Assembly (NCBI GenBank): GCA_963727625.1
Contig: CAVSHR010000011.1
Span: 128,001 to 192,000 of the forward strand
DNA: 64,000 nucleotides
Direction: 5' to 3'
Source of the DNA: an uncultured delta proteobacterium
GTDB taxonomy: Bacteria; Desulfobacterota; Binatia; UBA9968
Part shown: positions 1-9,888 of the stretch, piece by piece
How the letters are laid out: every line of letters begins with the position of its first letter
Numbering within the stretch: position 1 is the first letter of the stretch
Notes under the pieces: generated by a model
The model's database searches: none
What the model was told of the DNA's origin: nothing
The model's input: only the letters and a program-made list of their open reading frames with translations
Program-made: the position numbers and the translations under genes

Positions 1-152
1 CCGACCCCTATGAAAACTGTTACCCAATGATTCCAGCAGGCGGGGCGCAGCATGAAATGATGCTGGAGGACCCGCCTGAGCTCAAGCTGGCAAAAAAAGG
101 CGGCGCACACAAAAGAAAGGTGGATGAGGGCGAGGGGGTTCTTCCTGCCTGA
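1..152 (+). CDS. ilvB: Acetolactate synthase large subunit, C-terminal fragment (truncated by window)
   Basis: Manual translation DPYENCYPMIPAGGAQHEMML...EGVLPA* matches the ENxYPMIPxG C-terminal motif of IlvB; directly upstream of ilvN. Confidence 0.85.
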   Translation, partial: DPYENCYPMIPAGGAQHEMMLEDPPELKLAKKGGAHKRKVDEGEGVLPA

Positions 153-164
153 TAACCGTTTCGG

Positions 165-686
165 ATGGAACATATCATATCGGTTCTTGTTGAGAACAAG
201 TTCGGCGTTCTAGCCAGAGTTGCCGGGCTGTTCAGTGCGCGGGGCTATAACATCGAGAGCCTGTCGGTGGCTCCGACTTTGGACCCGACGGCTTCGATGA
301 TTACGATCGTCACCGCCGGCGATGATCGGATTATCGAGCAGATCATGAAGCAGCTCAACAAAGTGGTCGAGGTGCTCAAAGTCGTCGATTTAACGGAAAC
401 CCATTTCCTAGACCGGGAAACCGCACTGATCAAAGTTAACACCAAGCCCGAGCATCGTGACGAGGCGATCCGGTTAGCGGATATTTTCCGTGCCAAGATC
501 GTCGATTCCTCGCCGCACACCTACACAATTGAAATCACCGGCGACGTTGAAAAGGTCGAAGCGATGATCAACATGCTTCAACCTCTGGGCATCAAAGAGT
601 TGGTTCGCACCGGTCGGATAGCGATTTCTCGGGAAACAACCCACACGGCATCGCCACGACGGGAACCGGCGCTGCTAAAATCCTAA
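165..686 (+). CDS. ilvN: Acetolactate synthase small regulatory subunit
   Basis: ACT domain start HIISVLVENKFGVLARVAGLFSARGYNIESL; ELVRTG C-terminal motif. Confidence 0.95.
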   Translation: MEHIISVLVENKFGVLARVAGLFSARGYNIESLSVAPTLDPTASMITIVTAGDDRIIEQIMKQLNKVVEVLKVVDLTETHFLDRETALIKVNTKPEHRDEAIRLADIFRAKIVDSSPHTYTIEITGDVEKVEAMINMLQPLGIKELVRTGRIAISRETTHTASPRREPALLKS

Positions 687-805
687 GTCAGTCAACGATC
701 GAATTTGCGGCGAGCTGCAAGCGGTGAATTGGCATCGCTATAGCGCGACGCAGGGTTGGGGCAGTTAAGCGAAATCGGCTGCGGCGGAACAGATTATCTG
801 TCCGG

Positions 806-856
806 CTTCGGCGCCCAGCCGGACGCGAAAACATTTCATCTGGCTGGGCGCCGAAG
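806..856. terminator. Long inverted repeat between convergent genes
   Basis: CTTCGGCGCCCAGCCGGA / TCTGGCTGGGCGCCGAAG, 18-bp stem with one G-T pair, between ilvN (+) and the lipoprotein gene (-); no clear U tract. Confidence 0.55.
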
Positions 857-877
857 AATCACTCCTGTCACCACAAC

Positions 878-1150
878 TTATTTTTTGCTCTCCTTCATCG
901 TGTCGACAGCGTCTTTGCTGCTTTCTTTTATTTTTTCTATCGCTTCGGATGCGCCCTCTTTGGCTTCCTCGCCGGCCTTTTCCATGGCTTCACCCGTCTT
1001 TTCAGTGGCTTGGTCAACGGCTTTGCCCATGGTGGCGCCGGCTTTTTCGGCGGAACCCTCCGATTTGTTTTCCGACTTGCCGCACGCTCCTGCCGCGAGC
1101 AGAAATCCTGTGACGACCGCGGCCCAGAACAGTTTTGTACTGTGTTTCAT
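878..1150 (-). CDS. Small Ala/Glu/Lys-rich lipoprotein with 11-mer repeats
   Basis: Signal peptide with lipobox LAAGA-C; five 11-residue amphipathic repeats. Confidence 0.75.
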   Translation of the reverse strand: MKHSTKLFWAAVVTGFLLAAGACGKSENKSEGSAEKAGATMGKAVDQATEKTGEAMEKAGEEAKEGASEAIEKIKESSKDAVDTMKESKK

Positions 1151-1240
1151 AATAATATGATAATCTCCTTACAGGGTGCTCAATTCTTCTCAAGCCTAGC
1201 AAATTTCGTTAATCACTTGAATTCGATGAATGCTTTAATC

Positions 1241-1482
1241 AGCCCGGATTTCCGCAGTTGAACTTGAGCGAGGGATGAACCTAGAGTAGCGAAGACACTC
1301 AGGTGTGCCGTTTCAAAGGCCTTTCTGCCACTTGGCTCAACGGCCCCATAATTCTGACAAAATAAAGACAGCAGCGAGACCTGTCCTGGGCTCAGAGGTA
1401 TAAAAGCATTGTCTTCGCCGCGGACGGTTTGCCCCTCGCCCCACGCTCATCGCGGAACATTCCTAACTGCGGAATCCGGGTT
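1241..1482 (+). ncRNA. Candidate structured RNA of unknown class (nested multi-helix)
   Basis: Nested helices 1241-1260/1464-1482, 1268-1281/1426-1439, 1289-1297/1410-1418, 1298-1303/1385-1390, 1307-1312/1339-1344; G-U wobbles favour the + strand. Confidence 0.55.
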
Positions 1483-1589
1483 CAGCTGACGGCACTGAGG
1501 CAGCCATATTCACCGAGTTGAATGGTATAAGTCTTTGTCTTACGGCTACTTGTCGTTGACTTACCGTCGGTCAACCGGCATATTAGTAG

Positions 1590-2630
<1,041 letters not shown>

Positions 2631-2679
2631 GACGAAAGTCGTTGCGCTCGATAAGATCGATCAACTTGGGCGTCATGGG

Positions 2680-3306
2680 ATGAGAATCGCAAGGGAGGGT
2701 TATCCGCTCATTCTTGCCGCCGTGGCGTTGACTGTGATTTCGTTTGCGCTGGGTTGGAAGTTTGCCGCGGCCATTTTAGGATTGTTGGCGCTTGGGATCG
2801 CGGGTTTCTTTCGCGATCCGGATCGCCAAATTCCGTGCGGTGAAGATCTGGTTGTGTCACCGGCTGATGGGCGAGTCGTGAGCATAGCGGAAATCAAAGA
2901 TGCTGCATTCGCGGGTGCGGCTACTCGATTGAGTATTTTTCTCTCGCCTCTCGACGTGCACATAAACCGGGCGCCGGTGGGGGGCAAGATCGGCGACGTT
3001 AGGTATCAGCCGGGAAAGTTTCTCGCGGCGTACAAAGAAGAGGCATCGCAGCGCAACGAGCAAAACATGCTTAAAATCATCGATCAGCGCGGGCGGCTTT
3101 TCGGCGTAGTGCAGATTGCCGGTTTCTTGGCGCGGCGCATTGTCTGTCGGGCGAAGCGCGGCGATACGCTGGCGCGCGGCGACCGCTTCGGTCTGATCAT
3201 GTTTGGCTCCCGGACGGATCTCTATCTGCCGAGCGGCTGCCGGCTCGAAGTCGCCGAGGGGCAGAGGGTCAAGGGCGGCGCGACGATCCTTGGGAGGTTT
3301 GTATGA
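2680..3306 (+). CDS. psd: Phosphatidylserine decarboxylase proenzyme
   Basis: FFRDPDR, SPADG, DVHINRAP and FGSR self-cleavage motifs. Confidence 0.93.
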   Translation: MRIAREGYPLILAAVALTVISFALGWKFAAAILGLLALGIAGFFRDPDRQIPCGEDLVVSPADGRVVSIAEIKDAAFAGAATRLSIFLSPLDVHINRAPVGGKIGDVRYQPGKFLAAYKEEASQRNEQNMLKIIDQRGRLFGVVQIAGFLARRIVCRAKRGDTLARGDRFGLIMFGSRTDLYLPSGCRLEVAEGQRVKGGATILGRFV

Positions 3307-4160
3307 GCGCTATGAATTCTCAAGAACCCAACCAGTTTGGGGAAAATGGCAAAGTACGGCTGCTGCGCCGGCGCTCCCGGCAACGCGTGTCGCTGCGCCA
3401 TCCCATGCCCGCGGATAAGCTCAGGCGCGGGGTTTATCTTATTCCCAGCTTGTTTACCGCCGGCAACCTCATGTGCGGCTTTTTCTCCATCATCGCCACC
3501 TTTCGCGGCGATTATGTCAATGCAGCGTTGCTTATTCTCCTGGCGAATGTCTTTGACGGGGTCGACGGTTATGCGGCACGTCTGACACGGACCACAAGCC
3601 AGTTTGGCGTTGAGTTCGATTCCTTGGCGGATGTGGTTTCCTTCGGCGTCGCGCCCGCCGTGCTGGTTTATCTCTGGGCGCTTGTGCCATGGGAGACCTG
3701 GGGCTGGTTGGCGGCATGCACTTACGTCGTCTGCGGTGCGCTGCGCTTGTCCCGATTCAACGTTCAGGCGTTAGCGGGCTCCAAGGGCCATTTTGTCGGT
3801 TTGCCGATCCCGGCGGCAGCGCAAATGATTACCTCGACCGTGATTCTATATTATTATTTGGGTGGCGCCGGGTCGCCGAATCGACATGTGACGCTGCTGC
3901 TGGTGATCTACGGCTTGGCGACTCTGATGGTGAGCAATATCCCTTACTTCAGCCTCAAAAATACCGACGTTAAGAGGCGCCACCCAATCTGGATGTTGGT
4001 TTCTGGCTTTATTTTGATTACACTGATCGTTGCCGAACGGCAGATAATGTTTTTTATGTTGGTCTTACTCTACACGTTATCCGGGCCTTGGTTATGGTGC
4101 TTGGCGTCCTACAAACACCGGCGGGAGAAGCAAAGGAGCGCGGCCAAAACAATGCCGTGA
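3303..4160 (+). CDS. pssA: CDP-diacylglycerol--serine O-phosphatidyltransferase
   Basis: CDP-alcohol phosphotransferase motif DGVDGYAAR...FGVEFDSLADVVSFG; follows psd. Confidence 0.93.
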   Translation: MSAMNSQEPNQFGENGKVRLLRRRSRQRVSLRHPMPADKLRRGVYLIPSLFTAGNLMCGFFSIIATFRGDYVNAALLILLANVFDGVDGYAARLTRTTSQFGVEFDSLADVVSFGVAPAVLVYLWALVPWETWGWLAACTYVVCGALRLSRFNVQALAGSKGHFVGLPIPAAAQMITSTVILYYYLGGAGSPNRHVTLLLVIYGLATLMVSNIPYFSLKNTDVKRRHPIWMLVSGFILITLIVAERQIMFFMLVLLYTLSGPWLWCLASYKHRREKQRSAAKTMP

Positions 4161-4190
4161 GCTTCTGGCTCAACTAGCGAATAGGTAGAT

Positions 4191-4226
4191 ACTCCCGTTG
4201 GCTTCGCCGCGGGAGTTTTTATTTCT
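4191..4226 (+). terminator. Intrinsic terminator-like hairpin just upstream of leuA
   Basis: ACTCCCG..GGC-TTC-GCC..CGGGAGT followed by TTTTATTTCT. Confidence 0.7.
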
Positions 4227-4265
4227 GGGGCAGGCCGACGGCTCAACGATGAAGGAGAATTGACA

Positions 4266-5831
4266 ATGGACAAGGTGGCCGAAAATAACGTAGTACAAAT
4301 ATTCGATACCACACTGCGCGACGGCGAGCAGTCGCCCGGTGCCAGCATGACCGCCGAGCAAAAAGTCGTCATTGCCCGGCAATTGGAAAAACTCGGCGTT
4401 GACGTCATCGAAGCCGGCTTTGCGGCGTCGTCGGAAGGCGATTTCGATTCGGTGCGGCGGGTTTGCAGGGAAGTTGTCCGGCCGCGGGTGGTGAGCCTGG
4501 CGCGCGCTCAGGAGAGCGATATCGAGCGGGCCTTGAAAGCGGTCGACGGAGCAAAAAATCCGGGTATTCATACCTTTATCGCGACTTCGGATATTCACTT
4601 GCAGCATAAGCTGCGCATGACCCGCGAGCAGGTCGTCGAAGCTGCGGTCAAGGCGGTCCATCACGCTAAAAAATTCATCGATTATATCGAATTTTCCGCC
4701 GAAGATGCCTCGCGCAGCGATCCGGAATTTTTGATTCGGCTGTTCCGCGAGGTGATTCGCGCCGGCGCCAAGGTGATCAATGTTCCGGATACGACCGGCT
4801 ACGCGATTCCGTCGGAATTCGGCGCGTTGATCGCCAACTTGATCGAGCGTACCGCGGGCGGTGACCGGGTGATCTGGAGCGCCCATTGCCATAACGACTT
4901 GGGACTGGCGGTCGCAAATTCTCTCACCGCAGTACATAACGGCGCGCGTCAGATCGAGTGCACGATCAACGGTATCGGCGAGCGCGCCGGCAACACTTCC
5001 CTCGAAGAGGTGGTCATGGCGCTGCGCACGCGCAAAAACTATCTCGATCTCGACACCAATATCACAAGCGAGCAGCTCTATCCGACGTCCCGTCTGGTTT
5101 CGCAGGTGACCGGCATTCCGATTCCGATCAACAAACCGATCGTTGGCGACAACGCGTTCGCTCATGAGGCCGGTATCCATCAGGACGGCGTGCTCAAGCA
5201 CAAGCAGACCTACGAGATCATGACGCCGGAGTCGATCGGCATTCCGGGAAACCGGCTGGTCATGGGCAAGCACTCCGGGCGCCACGCCTTCGACGAGCGG
5301 CTTAAACACCTGGGGTTCAACTTAAGCAAAGAAGACATGAACCGCGCGTTTTTGCGCTTCAAAGAACTCGCGGACAAGAAAAAGAATGTGTACGACGAAG
5401 ACATTGAAGCGATCGTCGCCGAAGAAATACTGCGCGTGCCCGGCCGGCCGGATAAGTTCGAGCTGCTTTATATGAACGTGAATTCAAGCTCCGACGGCAT
5501 TCCGGCGGCAACGGTCAAAATGCGCGTGGATGGTGAGGAGATTACGGACCACGCTTCCGGCGACGGCGCGGTGGATGCCTGCTACCAGGTGATCACGAAG
5601 ATTACCCGCTCGCAGTCGCAGCTGGTGCGCTATTCGGTCAACGCCATCACCGGCGGCACGGACGCCCAGGGCGAAGTTTCGTGCATAATCGAAGACGACG
5701 GCATTCGCGTTTCGGGACAGGGGGCACACACCGATGTGATCATGGCGAGCGCCTTGGCGTATATTAACGCTCTCAACAAACTGGAAGGAAGAAAACACTA
5801 TCGGCAGGTGGTGGAAAAAGAGGGACCATGA
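4266..5831 (+). CDS. leuA: 2-isopropylmalate synthase
   Basis: [30 protein letters not shown]; C-terminal regulatory domain; GAAGGAG RBS favours ATG 4266. Confidence 0.97.
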   Translation: MDKVAENNVVQIFDTTLRDGEQSPGASMTAEQKVVIARQLEKLGVDVIEAGFAASSEGDFDSVRRVCREVVRPRVVSLARAQESDIERALKAVDGAKNPGIHTFIATSDIHLQHKLRMTREQVVEAAVKAVHHAKKFIDYIEFSAEDASRSDPEFLIRLFREVIRAGAKVINVPDTTGYAIPSEFGALIANLIERTAGGDRVIWSAHCHNDLGLAVANSLTAVHNGARQIECTINGIGERAGNTSLEEVVMALRTRKNYLDLDTNITSEQLYPTSRLVSQVTGIPIPINKPIVGDNAFAHEAGIHQDGVLKHKQTYEIMTPESIGIPGNRLVMGKHSGRHAFDERLKHLGFNLSKEDMNRAFLRFKELADKKKNVYDEDIEAIVAEEILRVPGRPDKFELLYMNVNSSSDGIPAATVKMRVDGEEITDHASGDGAVDACYQVITKITRSQSQLVRYSVNAITGGTDAQGEVSCIIEDDGIRVSGQGAHTDVIMASALAYINALNKLEGRKHYRQVVEKEGP

Positions 5832-6919
5832 ACTACAAAATCGCAGTGTTGCCAGGAGACGGCATCGGCCCTGAAGTCATGCACGAGGGTCTCGAAGTTC
5901 TCGGACAGGTCGCCAAGCTTTACGGCTTCGGCGTCGAGACCGAGCAGGGCATTGTCGGCGGCGCGTCCATCGACGCGCACGGCAAGCCGTTGACGGATGC
6001 GGTGCTGAAGCTCGCCAAGGAAAGCGACGCGGTGTTGCTCGGAGCCATGGGCGGACCCAAATGGGACGGTCTCGATTATTCGGTCCGACCGGAGCGCGCG
6101 CTTTTGGCGCTGCGCCAAGAGCTTGGCTTGTTCGCCAATCTTCGTCCGGTGAAATTATTCTCCGCCTTGGCTTCGGCATCGACGCTTAAGCGCGAAGTGG
6201 TCGAGGGAACCGATCTTCTGGTCGTGCGCGAGCTCACCGGTGGGATCTATTTCGGCCAACCCAAAGGCGTAACCGAGCTGCCCGACGGAACCGAGCGCGG
6301 CGTAAACACCGAGGTTTACACAACGCCGGAAATCGAGCGCATCGCCCACGTGGCGTTCCAGGCGGCGCTCAAGCGGCGCAAAAAGGTCACATCGGTGGAT
6401 AAGGCCAACGTGCTCGAAGTCACCGAGCTGTGGCGCAAGGTTGTCACCAAGATTCACAAAGACGAAGGCTACGCCGGAATTCAACTGGACCATATGCTGG
6501 TCGATAACTGCGCCATGCAGCTGATTCGCAACCCGAAGCAATTTGACGTGGTCGTAACGACGAATATGTTCGGCGATATCTTAAGCGACGAAGCGGCGAT
6601 GCTGACCGGATCCATCGGCATGCTGCCGTCGGCTAGTCTGGGCGGCAAGGTCGGCATGTACGAGCCGGTGCACGGCAGCGCGCCGGATATTGCGGGTCAG
6701 GACAAGGCAAATCCACTGGCGACTATTCTAAGCGTTGCCATGATGCTGCGCCACTCCTTTAACCAGGGAGCCGCCGCGGATCGCATCGAAAAAGCGGTCG
6801 AAGCCGTGTTGGACCAAGGTTACCGCACCGCGGATGTTCAAGAAGCAGGTTGCAAGCTCGTTGGTTGCAAGCAAATGGGCCGGTCGGTCCGCGATCAGAT
6901 CGAAAAGGCGAAGGGATAA
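5828..6919 (+). CDS. leuB: 3-isopropylmalate dehydrogenase
   Basis: [32 protein letters not shown]. Confidence 0.97.
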   Translation: MNYKIAVLPGDGIGPEVMHEGLEVLGQVAKLYGFGVETEQGIVGGASIDAHGKPLTDAVLKLAKESDAVLLGAMGGPKWDGLDYSVRPERALLALRQELGLFANLRPVKLFSALASASTLKREVVEGTDLLVVRELTGGIYFGQPKGVTELPDGTERGVNTEVYTTPEIERIAHVAFQAALKRRKKVTSVDKANVLEVTELWRKVVTKIHKDEGYAGIQLDHMLVDNCAMQLIRNPKQFDVVVTTNMFGDILSDEAAMLTGSIGMLPSASLGGKVGMYEPVHGSAPDIAGQDKANPLATILSVAMMLRHSFNQGAAADRIEKAVEAVLDQGYRTADVQEAGCKLVGCKQMGRSVRDQIEKAKG

Positions 6920-6925
6920 CTCGTC

Positions 6926-7948
6926 GTGAAAAGAGAAAAGTACAACGTCGCCATAGTCGGCGCCACCGGCGCCGTGGGGGAGCAGATGCGCGAGGTGTTG
7001 GAGGAGCGCCAGTTCCCGGTAGGCGAGCTGCGGCTCTTGGCCTCAGAACGGTCGGCGGGGCAATTTCTGCCTTTTCAAAGCAAGCAGATCCGTGTTGGAA
7101 TTCTAAATGAAAATTCCTTCAAAGATATCGACATCGGTCTATTCTCGGCGGGCGGCAGCGTGAGCGAAAAATTCGCTCCCGCCGCCGTTGCCGCCGGCGC
7201 GGTGGTCGTGGATAACACGTCGCAGTTCCGCATGGAGCCGGATGTCCCGCTGGTCGTTCCCGAGGTGAATGCCCACGAGATCGCACGCTACAAGACGCGC
7301 GGCATCATCGCCAACCCGAACTGTTCGACGATTCAAATGGTCGTCGCGCTCAAGCCGATCCATGATGCGGCGCGCATCAAGCGTATCGTGGTATCGACCT
7401 ACCAGTCAGTCTCAGGCGCCGGGCGCATGGCCATGGAGGAGCTGAGCCAGCAGGTCGGCGCGCTGTTCAACGGCCGCGAGCTCAAGCGGGAAAAATTTCC
7501 ACACCAGATAGCGTTCAACTGTATTCCGCATATCGATGCGTTCATGGAAGGCGGTTACACCAAAGAAGAGCTAAAAATGATCGACGAGACGCGCAAAATT
7601 TTTGATGAGCCGGGGTTGCCCGTCACTGCGACCACGGTGCGCGTCCCAGTGTTCTGCAGCCATTCGGAATCGGTCAACGTCGAGACCGAGAAAAAACTGA
7701 CCGCGGCGCAAGCCAAAGCGCTCTTGCGCGACGCGCCCGGAGTGATGCTCGCCGACATTCCAGAAGAAAATATTTATCCCATGGCGATCGATGCGGTCGG
7801 CAAGGATGCAACCTACGTCGGGCGGGTGCGCGAGGACAATTCGGTCGCCAAGGGTCTCAATCTCTGGGTGGTGGCCGATAACCTGCGCAAGGGCGCCGCG
7901 CTCAACGCGGTTCAAATCGCGGAAATTTTGGTCCGTGATTATATTTAA
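6926..7948 (+). CDS. asd: Aspartate-semialdehyde dehydrogenase
   Basis: VGATGAVG, IANPNCST, DNLRKGAALNAVQIAE. Confidence 0.97.
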   Translation: MKREKYNVAIVGATGAVGEQMREVLEERQFPVGELRLLASERSAGQFLPFQSKQIRVGILNENSFKDIDIGLFSAGGSVSEKFAPAAVAAGAVVVDNTSQFRMEPDVPLVVPEVNAHEIARYKTRGIIANPNCSTIQMVVALKPIHDAARIKRIVVSTYQSVSGAGRMAMEELSQQVGALFNGRELKREKFPHQIAFNCIPHIDAFMEGGYTKEELKMIDETRKIFDEPGLPVTATTVRVPVFCSHSESVNVETEKKLTAAQAKALLRDAPGVMLADIPEENIYPMAIDAVGKDATYVGRVREDNSVAKGLNLWVVADNLRKGAALNAVQIAEILVRDYI

Positions 7949-8020
7949 GCGAGATGGTTACTGTGGCGCGCGGGAATCCCCGAATTAAGCCCAAACAAGC
8001 AGGGAGTCGAAACTTTTCGT

Positions 8021-8758
8021 GTGAACGTTAAGATTATCGTTGAATACGACGGCACGAACTACTGCGGTTGGCAGATTCAGCACAATGGTGAATCGGTCCA
8101 AGCAGTTTTAGAGCGGGCGGTATCAACCTTCCTTGGTAAACCCACAAGGATTACCGGCTCAGGTCGTACCGATGCCGGCGTGCACGCGCTTGGCCAGGTG
8201 GCCAATTTCTTCGCGGACAAAGAATTCGACCGGCACCGGTTTCTGCGAGCCCTCAACGCCCTGACGCCCGCCGACATCACGATCAAAGAAATCGAGGTTG
8301 TCCCGGACTCTTTCGACGCGCGGCGCGGCGGGCGGAGCCGGATATACGAATATCGTATTCTCAATCGTTCAATGCGCTCGCCGTTCCAGACCAACCGCGC
8401 CTGGCATGTGCACGACGTGTTGGACCTTTGCGCGATGCGCGCGACGCTGCCGTGTTTGCTTGGCGAGCATGATTTCTCGTCGTTTCGTGCGGTCGGTTGC
8501 GACGCTGCGCATCCGGTTCGAAGGATTTATCGAACAACGTTGGAACCGCGCGGCGAACTGCTCATCTATACCATCGAAGCCACGGCGTTTTTGCGCCACA
8601 TGGTGCGCAACATCGTCGGTACCCTCGTCGAGGTCGGTCGCGGCTTGCGCACGATATCCTCGTTCGGCGAATTGCTCGAAGCGCGCGATCGCACCAAAGC
8701 CGGGCCGACGGCGCCACCGCATGGCTTGTATTTGCTTGAAGTAAAGTACGATTTTTAA
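8021..8758 (+). CDS. truA: tRNA pseudouridine(38-40) synthase
   Basis: YDGTNYCGWQ, GRTDAGVHA, FLRHMVRNIVG, TAPPHGLYL. Confidence 0.96.
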   Translation: MNVKIIVEYDGTNYCGWQIQHNGESVQAVLERAVSTFLGKPTRITGSGRTDAGVHALGQVANFFADKEFDRHRFLRALNALTPADITIKEIEVVPDSFDARRGGRSRIYEYRILNRSMRSPFQTNRAWHVHDVLDLCAMRATLPCLLGEHDFSSFRAVGCDAAHPVRRIYRTTLEPRGELLIYTIEATAFLRHMVRNIVGTLVEVGRGLRTISSFGELLEARDRTKAGPTAPPHGLYLLEVKYDF

Positions 8759-8866
8759 GCCTTCTGTGAACGTTGCGCGACACAAGTTGGTTTGACACAG
8801 TTCGGCGATTTCCATATACCCAAACGGTAAGAATTTTGCGCCAGTCTGCGGGGAGGGTGGCCCGTT

Positions 8867-9778
8867 ATGATGCCTCGGCACGATAACTTTTACGACGTTT
8901 ATTCGAGGGCGAAAAAGATCAAAATAAACTGGCCGCACGGCGCGCGCATGGCGATCGCCTTGGCGGGCAATTTAGAAGCCTGGACGGAAATTCCCGACCC
9001 GAAGCACCGGCGTACGCACCATGTCGGTGGTTCCAATCCCATCAAAGAAGACGATGTCGTGTCGTTGTATGATTGCCGGACCGCGAGCGAAAACGATTAC
9101 GGCGGCCGGACCGGTGTGTGGCGGATTCTGCGCATCCTGGACAAGTACGGCGTCAAGGCCTCGTTCAACACCAACGCCCTGTGCCTTCACCGCTATCCCG
9201 AAGCCGTGAAGGCGGTGCACGAGCGCGGCCACGAGATCGTCGGCCATTCCTATGCCGAAGATATTCAGCTGACTCAACTCACCGAAGAACAGGAGCGCGA
9301 GGAGATCGGCACCTGCGCCAAGATGTTCGAGGAATTTACCGGCGTCAGACCAACGGGCTGGCTTACCTCCGGCATGCGCCATACGGAGCGGACCCTGGGC
9401 ATACTCGCTGATGAAGGTTTTACGTGGCACGGCGACGCCGTGAACGATGACAATCCTTATCCCGTCAACATCAAGGGTAAAACCATGATCATCGTGCCGT
9501 ACAAGAACGCGGTAAGCGGTTTGAACGATACCGGCATGTATCGCCGCGGCATTACCGCGCGAGATGTCTTCAATTCGTTCAAAGACGAGTTCGACCTGCT
9601 GTATGAGGAGTCGGCCCAAGAGGCCAAGATGCTCACTTTGGCGATGCACTGCCAGATGGCGTTTCCGGCCACCGGCAAGGTTTACGACGAGTGCATCAAA
9701 TACGCCAAGTCGTTTCCCGACCTCTGGTTCGCTAGGCGTTGCGAAATCGTCGATTGGGTGAAGCAAAACTGTCTATAA
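8867..9778 (+). CDS. Polysaccharide deacetylase family protein (PuuE/allantoinase-like)
   Basis: WPHGARMAI, YGGRTGVWRILRILD, GHEIVGH, FKDEFDLLYEE motifs. Confidence 0.8.
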   Translation: MMPRHDNFYDVYSRAKKIKINWPHGARMAIALAGNLEAWTEIPDPKHRRTHHVGGSNPIKEDDVVSLYDCRTASENDYGGRTGVWRILRILDKYGVKASFNTNALCLHRYPEAVKAVHERGHEIVGHSYAEDIQLTQLTEEQEREEIGTCAKMFEEFTGVRPTGWLTSGMRHTERTLGILADEGFTWHGDAVNDDNPYPVNIKGKTMIIVPYKNAVSGLNDTGMYRRGITARDVFNSFKDEFDLLYEESAQEAKMLTLAMHCQMAFPATGKVYDECIKYAKSFPDLWFARRCEIVDWVKQNCL

Positions 9779-9780
9779 GA

Positions 9781-9865
9781 ATGGAGTGTTGGAGTATCGG
9801 AATAATGGAGTAATGCGTTCGAATCGAAAGACTATGCCCGGTACTTCCATACTCCATCGCTCCAA
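9781..9865. repeat. Palindromic octamer repeat element (TGGAGTAN units facing TACTCCAN units)
   Basis: ATGGAGTG-TTGGAGTA-TCGGAATA-ATGGAGTA ... TACTTCCA-TACTCCAT-CGCTCCAA. Confidence 0.65.
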
Positions 9866-9888
9866 TTTTTCTCCCGAGGAATTTTGCC

